Part shown: positions 38,295 to 50,330 of the stretch, in pieces
How the letters are laid out: each line of letters starts with the position of its first letter
How positions within the stretch are numbered: the first letter of the stretch is position 1
NCBI RefSeq assembly: GCF_009914755.1
Contig: NC_060926.1
DNA from: the human T2T-CHM13v2.0 reference genome, Homo sapiens
DNA: 64,000 nt
Direction: 5' to 3' (one strand)
Program-made: the position numbers and the translations under genes
Notes under the pieces: generated by a model
What the model saw: the letters and a program-made list of their open reading frames with translations, nothing else
Database searches by the model: none
Told to the model about the DNA's origin: nothing

Positions 38295-38460
38295 GGGAGC
38301 TTCCGGATAGCGAAGCACGTGGAGGTTCCTGGAGGGTGTCCTCCCAGAGAGGACGTGGAACCTTCCCGCTCCCACCGCGCACTTGCCCTGTGTATCTCTT
38401 CCCTTTGGCTGTTCATCTACATACGTGGTAGTTTCCTTTATAGTAAACTAATAAACGGAA
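38295..38460 (+). mobile_element. MER21 LTR fragment forming the 5' end of the retrocopy
   Basis: GGGAGCTTCCGGATAGCGAAGCACGTGGAGGTTCCTGGAGGGTG...TCCTTTATAGTAAAC resembles the recalled MER21 consensus. Confidence 0.75.
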
Positions 38461-40169
38461 ATTTGCAGCAGCTGTGAAAAACTTCAATTTTCTGAATCCA
38501 CTTTTGATTTTTAGTGGCGATTGCTTAAATGCCTCAGTTTTAAGTATCATAACGAAAGGAAAGCATACGATTCCTATATTAATGAATCGGAAGTACCTTT
38601 TGCAGTTTTTGTTTTGCTTTTTCAGACAAGGTCTTATTCTGTCATCCAGGCTGGAGTGCATTGGTGGGAACACAGCTCACTACCTACTCAGCCTCCTGAG
38701 CTCAAGCGATCCTCCCACCTCAGCCTCTCAAGTGGCTAGGACCACAGGCACCCACGCACTACACCGCCTAACTAATGTTTTGTTTTATATTATATTATTT
38801 TATTTTATAGAGACAGAGGTCTCACCATGTCGACCAGGCTAGTTTTGAACTCCTGGCCTCAAGCAATCCTCCTCCCACCTCAGCCTCCCAAAGTGCTAAA
38901 ATGATAGGTGTGAGCCACTGCACCCGGTGATTTTGCAGTTTTTGGAAACCACAAGTTTGATTTCGGTGTGAATATTTTGGAAGAATCTATGAAACAAATG
39001 CACTTCATCTGATTTCTCAGTAATGTTGATGATAGATTTACTTCTGAACCTCTTGGACGTGTGTATGTTAGAAGTTCTCCACCCAATTGATACGGAATTA
39101 AATAGCTGTGAAATTACTGTAAGAAGAACCGAAGCAACGTTGGAAATTTGGTAACTAATGCCACGTTGGAAGCTATTCATGCCAATGTAGCATTGCTTCA
39201 TACAGGTACTTCCAGATCTAATTGAATACATCCAGTGGGAAATTTCGCTTTGCGTGATTTTTTGGCTATCCTTCTCATAATGGACCCCAGTTTTAGTTGT
39301 CAGAGTAACACAGGCACAGCTGCTTGAAGGTCTTGAAAATGAGGTTAACAAATATTCAGCTTTTGGTGGGAGTTTTTCTCAAGTTGTTGGAATAGAATTT
39401 GGACTCAATTCAGATGCGGAACTGGGACACTGAATGATAGATAACAGATACTGTGAAAGTTCAAGGACCATACGAAAAAAATTTACCTTCTTGCTGCTAT
39501 AAACAATATATTGCACATGGGAAAGATAGTTACGTTATGCCTGATAGTTGTTCTTGAATGTTTGACACAGAAACTGTACAAGTACCTTCCACAGTCATCA
39601 TGAATCACTTTTAATCGATAAAAATTTTGTAGGGAAGGAAGCAGTGTCTTTCAGGCCATTGAATGAATTTGATTACTACTACGAACAAATCATCATTATT
39701 AACAGCCTTCGAGGAAGAATCAGATAAGCCATCAGCAGTAATTGCAGTACCTGGCATAGAAGGGTGAATTTGCCATATTTCTCAGCACATGAAAGAACAT
39801 TTGTACCAACTTAGAGCCGGAGGGGAACAAGGTTTAAGAACTTTTCCCGTTATTAGTGGTAATGCATCTGAAAATTTTGATTCTGATTGAAATACTATAT
39901 GGGTAATATATAATCAATGCCCAACTGAATGGAGAAAACCTACACTTTTTGCATTGTTAAGCACAGTAATATAATTTTGGCTCTTTGGCATTGTTCTAGA
40001 ATTAATTTTAATTCTAGGGATATTGCTCTAAATGTGCTTCTTATCACTTTTGACTCTTCAGTGTGTTATCCAGGAAACAATATATATACACTTGTGAACT
40101 GTTGTTTGTGATTTAAGCATATATATTGAATAATGTTTCCAGATTAAATGACTTCCAAGCTCCAAAGAA
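38295..40169 (+). pseudogene. Processed pseudogene of a 5'-nucleotidase (NT5EL/CG11883-like metallophosphatase) with a MER21-derived 5' leader
   Basis: Disrupted intronless frames FAAAVKNFNFLNPLLIFSGDCLN, AVF[Alu]GNHKFDFG (38944-38967), VRRTExNVGNLV, LLEGLENEV, IAHGKDSY, PGIEG*I; ATTAAA at 40143, A-rich tail from 40164, 12-bp TSD (38283-38294 / 40170-40181). Confidence 0.85.
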
Positions 40170-40906
40170 AAGAGTACAAAGCATTGGTCAATATAAACGT
40201 GATTAGGTCAGCTGTGTCTGCTAGCAGGCAGTTATCTGAATTAGGGATCTATCCTCCCACAGAGAGTTGGAGACGGAGGCCTTATCCTTCTTGATGATTA
40301 TATTTTGAAGGAATGGCTCTCAGATCCTTGAGAGAGATGCTCCTGAGTTACAATTGTGAGGACTTTTTGGTAAGTGCCCTAAGAAAGTGTGGTCAAGGAG
40401 CTATCATCAGATGTGTGCTGGCTAGAGCACATAGTAGATTTTCCTGGCAGCACTTAGCTTTCTCAGGCAGGCACTATTTAGGGGCCTGGGATCATTCTAG
40501 GGACACAGCCTTATGCTGCCAGAAGCCAGACTTGTTTGATCAGGTCTCAGTGCAGGGATTCGGATGGGGTTTTCATGTGCCAAGGGTTCTGCACTCTTCC
40601 TTCTCTGCTGCTTGGCACTGTGCATGGTGATCCGTACGGTAATCTACACAGCGTGGTGCTCCTCACCGCAATCTATGGGACAGCTCAGGGAGAACTCAGC
40701 TTTTCCAGCCCCCCAGTTTTAGGTTGAAAAATCATGGTAATACCCATTAAAAAACAACACAAGCAGTAGCCAGCAAGCAGCGAGGTGCCAACATTGGGGT
40801 GCCCTCTCAGGCAGTGGCTGCCGTCTGCTGGGGCCAGTTACTAAGAACTCTACAGACTCATTGTCTCCATGTGGTGTACACCACCTAGCTTGCTCGCTGT
40901 ACTAAC

Positions 40907-41005
40907 TGTTCTAAAAATATACCCTGGCCTTGTTTTTGAGCAGGTATAGTAAGGCACATACACCAGACATGCAAATGATCACCAGAAAGGAATACTGTTT
41001 TTTCT

Positions 41006-41037
<32 letters not shown>

Positions 41038-41812
41038 TTTTTTTTTTGAGATGGAGTCTCGCTCTGTTGCCCAAGCTGGAGTGCAGTGGTGCAATCTAAG
41101 CTCCTAGCAACTTCTGCCTCCCGGATTCAAGCAATTCTCCCTGCCTCAGCCTCCCGAGTAGCTGGGATTACAGGCGCGTGCCGCACTCCCGGCTAATTTT
41201 TTAGTTTTAGTAGAGACGGGGTTTTGCCATGTTGGCCAGGCTGGTCTCAAACTCCTGACCTCGTGATCTGCCCGCCTCGGCCTCCCAAAGTGGTGGGATT
41301 ACAGGCATGAGCTACCATGCCCGGCACATTTTTTATTATACCCACAATTCCCAAGACATGGGAGGCAGGCATACTACACAGGGCCACACAGGAAAGTGAC
41401 AAATTGGGGTGAGGAAGTGTAGAGAGAGGGGAACTGCTGGCAGAGCCTTTATTATGATATTTTCAGGAAAGAATGGGCAAAACAAAGTAAGCAAGTGGTG
41501 CAAATTTAGGATTAGATAGTTTGCATGGTTTCAGCGAATTCTGAGTTATAGGGTGGGTCCCTGGTGGTCTAGTACCTGGCGCTATAGTAAATAGGACAGG
41601 GGATAGTGTCCCAGGCTGTAGAGTTCTGATAAAAGGAGATGGCTAGGGGTGGTGGACAGGTGATTCGTTGGTTTGCATAGCAAAGGCGTGCTGGCAGGCA
41701 AGCTGTTTGTTATCTCTGGGAATGAGTTAAACCTGAGAGAGGTGGTTTCCCAGGTCCGAAAGGCCCTAATTGCATCAATAATACAGAAAATAAGAACATA
41801 CAGTTAATCCAA
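40907..41812 (-). mobile_element. MER74-like ERVL LTR (near full length, Alu at ~40998-41325), with PBS remnant at 40891-40904
   Basis: Ends AATACAGAAAATAAGAAC...TTAAT as recalled for this family; TGCTCGCTGTACTA resembles the tRNA-Ser 3' end TGCTCGCTGCGCCA. Confidence 0.7.
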
Positions 41813-42053
41813 TTTGACTTGTAGTGCTCTAGCATAACAACATTTTCTGGAGTCCTTACCATATCCTAATATTTGAACACTACCAATTAATTTTAAAAAA
41901 TAGTATCTGTGGAATTCACAGCCTCTAAATTCTTCCTTATAGAGTTATTCTATTTGAATATAAATTGCTTTATTGTTGCAAGTTAACTGCTGAAAATGTC
42001 TGAGTTTAAATAGAACAGCTCAATAATATAGTTTTCTTTTTTTTTTCTTTTGA

Positions 42054-42212
<159 letters not shown>

Positions 42213-43039
42213 TAGTAGAGACGGGGTTTCTCCATGTTGGTCAGGCTGGTCTTGAACTCCCGACCTCAGGTGATTCGCCCGCCTCAGCCTCCCAAAGTAC
42301 TGGGATTACAGGTGTGAGACACTGCGCTCGGCCAGTAATATCGTTTTCATATTGATGACCTCGTTGTCTAAAAGGCAATAGTAATTCTTTCTTTAAAGTT
42401 AAATCTCTAGAGGACATAAACTTTGGATGATTTTTGAATTTAAGAAAGAAACAAGTGTGACGTTCATAGCATTTTCAGCCCCAATTATCAACAGATGTTA
42501 AAAGCACTCTTTGAGGGCTACCGATTGTGTTTCTATTAGCAGGAAAAGAGAAAGGAGGAGAAAAAAACGTGTGAGTAAAAAACAAAGAGGAGCAATAGAG
42601 AAAGAAAAAAGAGAAAGGAGTAGAATATGGCAACAATTGGTAGAGAATTATTGGAAACAAACACCCCAGCTATGCCTGTATGAAGGAGGTGTATTACAAA
42701 TGTTTCCATACAACGTAAAGTGGAAAAGACTAGAATGAAGGAAGAATACAATGTAAAGACTACAGCTGAGAAGTTAAAAATCACACTATGCATAATTTTA
42801 AATTCATGTGGGGGAAAATGTTATCATGATTTTATACTTGTAGTTTCTTACCCCTGCAACTCCTTTGCCCACATTTACTCCTGATAAGCAGAAGCAACTA
42901 TTTTTAAAATTTTACTTTGAACTGGGTGTGGTGTGGCTCATACCTGTAATCCCAGTGCTTTGGAAGGCCGAGGTGGGAGGATCCTTTGAGGCCACGAGTT
43001 TGAGACCAGCCTTAGCCACATAGCAAGACCCCATCTCTA

Positions 43040-43216
<177 letters not shown>

Positions 43217-43382
43217 CTAGGTGGATCATCTGTATGTTTATATTAAAAAAGGCTTATATTGCTATTCAGTGATTTGCTGGCTGTAGACATTATATAATAT
43301 ATTAAATTCCTACATGACAGATGAGGAGTTATTAATAACTCATTTGCACGATTTCCCCTTGTACTCTTCTCCCCACACTTAG

Positions 43383-43974
<592 letters not shown>

Positions 43975-43999
43975 TGAGTAACTGGGACTGTAGTCATGA

Positions 44000-44251
<252 letters not shown>

Positions 44252-44482
44252 TGATCCACCCGCCTTGGCCTCTCAAAGTTCTGGGATTACAGGCGTGAGC
44301 TACTGCGCCCGGCCTGCATTTTCTTCAACAACATTTTTGTTCCAACAACCAGGAAGATGAGGACATTTAACACTACCATCTTTCCCTCTACCTTGCAAAT
44401 GAAACTTTTATCTGTTTTACAGGGAGGAATCAACATGACAAAATGAAGATATTTTCTGACCATTCACAGTAATTTAATTTGA

Positions 44483-44611
<129 letters not shown>

Positions 44612-45518
44612 TGAGTAGCTGAGACTACAGGTGCAAGCCGCCATGCCCAGCCAAATTTTTATTTTTAGAAGAGATGGGGTTTCACCATGTTGGTCAAGCT
44701 TGTCTTGAACTCCTGAGCTCAAATGATCCGCCCGCCTCAGCCTCCCAACGTGCTGGGATTACAGGTGTGAGCCACGGTGCCCGGCCCACAATTATTTTAA
44801 AATAATGATTTGGATGGGGCATGTGCATGAATCCCTTTATGCTTAAAGAAAACATTTTACTTTTTAAAGACCTAACATGCCAGGCTTCGGGGTAAAAGCT
44901 TTATAATGACCTCACCTGACTGTAAATAGGTAGAATGAAGCACACAGTAATAGAATTTGGGAAAAGACATAGTCCACACTCTAAATTGGTGAAATCTCAA
45001 TTCTTTTATGACCCAGCTATGAGATCTTGTTTTTTCCAAATAGCCTTTCCTTAAGACATTAGCCTAATATTAGCTTAAATGGCTTACAAAATGTAGACAT
45101 TATTGGAGTGCTTTCTAGACACAAAAGAGCAGGTTTTGGTGTTCCTTAAAAGAAGGAAGCATGTGAAATAACACATACTCAGCACTTTTTTCTCCCTGGA
45201 CCAAATATGTTGGGGGAGGAAATGAAGTACATACAAACCCAATCCTGATCTCTAAGGTCCTTTAAATATGTTTAGATGTGTAATGTGTTTAGATCTGTAA
45301 TGGGTTAATAAAGAATTGAGGGGGAAATTACAACTTTTGGAGCTTAACCTTATAGATAACTAAGCTCTCCCACAAAACGTGCCCATTGCCAGTAGACGGA
45401 AATCTGGTTTGTGCGGACTGCTGATCTGATGCAGAATGGCACTCCCTTTGATGTTTTATGATAGTATCATGTTGGAAGAAAAATTTTGCCAACTAAACTA
45501 TAACACAATTTCTTGTAA

Positions 45519-45662
<144 letters not shown>

Positions 45663-46005
45663 TGAGTAGCTGGGACTACAGGCATGCACCACCATGCCTG
45701 GCTGATTTTTTTGTAGTTTTTGTAGAGATGAGGTCTCGCTGTTTCCCAAGTTGGTCTTGAACTCCTGGGATCAAGCGATCCTCCCGCCTTAGCCTCCCAA
45801 ATTGCTGGGACTACAGGTGCGAGCCACCATACCTGGCCTATTTTTATTTCATACTCAGTAAAAGAGCACTCTCAGACTTTGACACATTTATTATGCATTG
45901 ATCTTGTGAATGCATAAAAAGAGACATATAAGTAAAATTGGTTTAGGTATTTCAGAAACTTCATATTCGGAACTCAACTTTCATTTTATTTATTTTTTTA
46001 ATTAA

Positions 46006-46327
<322 letters not shown>

Positions 46328-48339
46328 TGAATCACTTTTTGAATCAGTTGTCCATGGCTGTAGCTTTCCACCAAAAGTGTTGGTGATGCATCTAACTTTA
46401 AGAATGCTCCAGCTGGGCACAGTTACAGCTCATATCTGTAATCTCAGCACTTTGGGAGGTGAATGTGGGAGGATCCCTTGAAGCCAGGAGTTCGAGACCA
46501 GCCTGGGCAAAAAAGTGAGAACCCCCATCTCTACAAAAAGTAAAAAAATTAGCCAGGCATGGTGGCACACGCCTGTGGTCCCAGCCACTTTGGAGACTAA
46601 GGCAAGAAGATCGCTTGAGCTTGGGAGGTCAAGGCTGCAGTGAGCCGTGTTTGCGCCACTGAACTCCAGCCTGGGTGACAGAAGGAGACCCTGTCTCAAA
46701 ACAAAAACAAAAACAAAAACAAAAAACAGAGAGGGAGAGAAAGGAAGGAAGAATGCTGCACTATTGTATGCAGGATTTTCTTCCAAGCAGCTGATCTTAT
46801 TCTGCAAGTTTTGATGCTGGCACCTTCTTGATCTCACCTGAATATGTCAATTTTGTGTTTTCACGCAAAACATTCAGGACTTGTTTTCCTCCTTCAATGG
46901 TGTTATTGAATAAAAGCTGTAGGGGTTGTAACTGACTAATCAGGCTATCAAGAATAATATCGAAGTTATTTCATTTTTGGGGGGTGCAAGTAGGCTTAGT
47001 ATTTAACTGTTCATATATGGGTTCCCAAAATCCATCAAGAATGAATGTACTTGGTAAGTAACTCAGGGCTCCCAGAAGACTACTAGTTCTTAGCCAGTCC
47101 CATCTCTTTCTTTTCTAAATGCTGGGGAAATCTCTTTTTGGTCCTAGGAAAATCTTCTCCAGGCAAATCTTCCCTCTTTCCCTAGGAAAATCTCTCTCCA
47201 AGTTTGAGTGACTTTTGTCTGTTAATTCCCTTCCTCCTAGGGTTATGGGTTTTATTAAACAATGCACTTATCTCAGTTGAAATGAGGACAACCTGCACAG
47301 CAACATCCACGTTGTAATACGTGGAGGTAATGACAACCAGGTCTGTACTGCCACCCGGTCAACGAGAGTTTATAAGATGCATCTTGATTTCACAGATGTT
47401 AAAATGTGGGGAAAAACATGGCTTAGCATCTGTGAAATACATAATGTCATGGTGCTTCGATCAATGTATAGTGGATTTTCTATAATTCCAAAGTTGGGAT
47501 GTGGAAAAAACTTGCCTTAAAAGAAATCCGTACTTTTTGGTATGTTAAATCTAAGGGAGGTTATAAATCGAACAGTTGCAGGAGCCCAACTTTAAAGTGA
47601 GAGAAAGATGTAGTGGGGGAAGAAGGAGCTGAGAAATACAGAAAGAATAAAAACAATGGACGCAAAAGCAATAGGCAAGTTTTTTTGTTGTTGTTCTTTA
47701 AAGGGACAAAATCACAAGCTTACTAAAAAGGGTAACGACAATTACAGCTACAGCCAAAGAGCAAAGTAGCTCATTTTAAGATTATTTTTACATTAGACAT
47801 AAGCTTTGCAACAGGGCCTCTCTCCATTTTAGTAAAATTGGTTTAGGTGTTTCAGAACCTTCTTATCGCAGATTATAATTTCATATTCAGTAGTGTGATT
47901 CATTTAGGTTTGTGATCTCCGTTACACTTAAACTGTTTTTGCTCACAACTATATTCGTAATGGGGTAGCGCAGTGAATATAATTGCATGACCTAATGTTG
48001 TTTGTTAATATTTGTAACCCTTTAATGTGCAGGATAGATCTTTGAATACCTAACTTCCTTAAGCCTCAGTTTTCTCAATTTGTCAAAGGGGGACAATAAT
48101 AGGATTCATTCAGAGTTACTCTGAAATGAAATGCAATAATGTATAGAAACCTTAAACGGTGCCTAGCACAGAGCAAGCGCTCATTGAACAGCAGCTTTTG
48201 TGAGATGCACCTCACTATGAAATAGGCATGGAAACGGAAACGACTAGCTCTCTTAGCCCCGTTTTCTTTTCTACATTCATACGTTGCTTTGAATTGGCAA
48301 GCAGTTTTTATTTGGACCCTCAAACGCTAAAACCTTGGT

Positions 48340-49350
48340 CTCTACTTCGCGTCCCAACTGTGCTTATGAGTCTAGTCATTTTTGTTGGAACGCGATAGAT
48401 TTCCCAAGCTCCGGAGTGGGGCCCTGACCAGGGAGGAAGTGTCCGCTTTAAGAGCTTCTGGAGGGGAGGAAGGGGCTCCTCCGCCCGGGTGGGAGAGTGA
48501 GTGAGTGGGTGGGCGGGCAGGGGGCGGTCCCGCCGCTCCTGCGTCAGAAGGGGTCTGGTTTTCGCACCTTCCCTGACGTCAAACCTCCATCAGGGTTGCA
48601 ACGCCACGTTGCCTTGGATGCCTGCGTGAGTGGAGTCGCGACTCGGGGCCCGCGTCCTGAGAGACGCGCTCCCGCGCCGCTTCTCGCCTCCGGACCGCAG
48701 GGGCCGAAGTCGCCTATTTCTGGCTCCGCGGGCAGCGGGGCCGTGGCGCTCGGACGGTCTGGGATTCGGGCGCCGCCGCGGAACCGGAATAAGAAGGGAG
48801 AGCGCCCGGCTCGGTCCTCGGTCTCCACCGCGGCCCGGAAGGAATCCGGGCAGCCTCCGCGGAGGTGAGTGCCGCGGCGGGGGCGGGGCGCGGCCGGGGC
48901 GACGCCCGCGGGCGGGGCCTGCTCGCCGGGCGCCCGGGGCGCCTTCTTCCCGAGGGACGCCAGGACCGCTCGCTGGGCTCCCGCGGCCGCCTCGCAGGTC
49001 CTCGGCTTCCCCCCACCCCGCGTCCCTTTCTGCCCCTGCTGCGTGAGAGGTGTCGGCGGCTCCGGGCCGGGATCGAGGTGGCGGGGCGAGGGAAGGAGGT
49101 GGGGCGCAGGCTGCATTGCGCTTCTGTCCGGGGCCCTGGGTCAGAGGGGCCGGCGGACGAGGCCTCGGGTCCGGGCTTGGGGAGGGGGCGGTCTGCGGGG
49201 TCGGATTGAGGGCCGGGAACCCGCGGAGTCTTGCCCCTGGGCACCTGTGGGGCCGAGATCCCGAGCCACCTGTCCACACACCCCCTTCCCCCAGTGCCCT
49301 GCGTTGGGTCCAGCTGGCCCCAGACCTAGGCCTTTCCCAGCCTCGGGCGA
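48340..49350 (+). promoter_or_regulatory. ZDBF2: CpG island / ZDBF2 promoter
   Basis: ~1 kb GC- and CpG-dense; GC boxes (~48481, 48510, 48520), ETS-like GGAAGT (~48435), palindromic CRE TGACGTCA at 48574-48581; no obvious TATA box. Confidence 0.92.
48580..48864 (+). other. ZDBF2: ZDBF2 non-coding exon 1 (start approximate)
   Basis: Consensus donor GAG|GTGAGT at 48864/48865 inside the CpG island; the TSS cannot be fixed from sequence. Confidence 0.7.
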
Positions 49351-49960
49351 TTATAGTTTATTTGAAAACGTTTGATTTTTGTGTTAATGATTCTTTTACT
49401 ACCGCCGTGCAACAGTTGTGTAAATGTGGTCGTGTTACGCCATCGTTTTTACTTGCTCCTAAGAAGGGCCTTACCAGCTCCTGCGATTATCTCACGCGAT
49501 GATTCTTGGTAGCTCGTGAAAAAAATGCATAACAAGATACTGGTTCTCAAGGGACCAAAACCCCACCCCCACCTAAAGGAAATAGCTTGTTTTTGTTTTT
49601 CTTTTTTACAGCAATATGCTACGTGTGGGGAGGGGGAGGGACGATGGAGGCAGCCTGTAGCGATCTCATCCTCGAGAGAATCTGCTAACAATTTGGGGGG
49701 TATCTTTCCTTCCTTTTTAATTAATACACAAACATATATACGTGTGTTACATAAGGGGTGTTTATTTGCTTTTTTCACTTAATACGTGGAAGACCTTTTC
49801 TCTATCGTTTGAACCTAAAGCCTAGAAGGCAAGAAAGCAACTCGTTAGAGAGTTGATAAAGTATCACTGCAGTGGCCAGTGATTTGGATAGAAATAAGCT
49901 GAATTCAGGGTAAGAACTGGTTTCTATAAAATATGGTTTACTCTGCATAATAATTGGAGG

Positions 49961-50330
49961 CAGTGTTTTTTCAAACTGAGTTTTTTCAGCCGGTTCGTGA
50001 ATGGTGAAATTAATTTAGTCATGACTAGCATTTAAAAAAAAATAAGATCGCATAAAAAAATCAGAATGCATTATATGTAATGAGAGTATTGTTTTGTGAA
50101 AAATATTTTAACTGTGCGCGTGTGCATTGTGAAATTTAGTGGGTCGTGACTAGCATTAAAAAAAGTAAGATCGCATAGAAAATATCAGACTGCATTACAT
50201 GTAATGAGAGTATTGTTTTGTGAAAAATCTTTTAAGTGTGCGTATGTGCCTGTGCGTGTGTGCTCGGTTGTAATTAAAAATTTATTGGTTCCTGTGTGTC
50301 ATGTTAAATAATCTTGAGAGTCGCTAATCC
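49961..50330 (+). mobile_element. hAT-Charlie MITE (MER112-like) with an internal ~120-bp tandem duplication
   Basis: CAGTGTTTTTTCAAACTG start; 50012-50125 repeated at 50133-50250. Confidence 0.55.

Larger units (their letters stand above)
38106..40593 (-). mobile_element. ERV1 (MER4-group-like) 5' LTR split into 38106-38294 and 40170-40593 by the nucleotidase retrocopy
   Basis: TG...CA termini; the two halves join across the TSD; subfamily uncertain. Confidence 0.65.

Noticed and set aside
38896-39351. 151-aa minus-strand ORF
   Set aside because: Antisense shadow of the + strand nucleotidase pseudogene.
48497-49502. Overlapping Arg/Gly/Pro-rich ORFs on both strands
   Set aside because: Expected in a GC-rich CpG island; they cross the exon 1 donor and have no recognisable domain.
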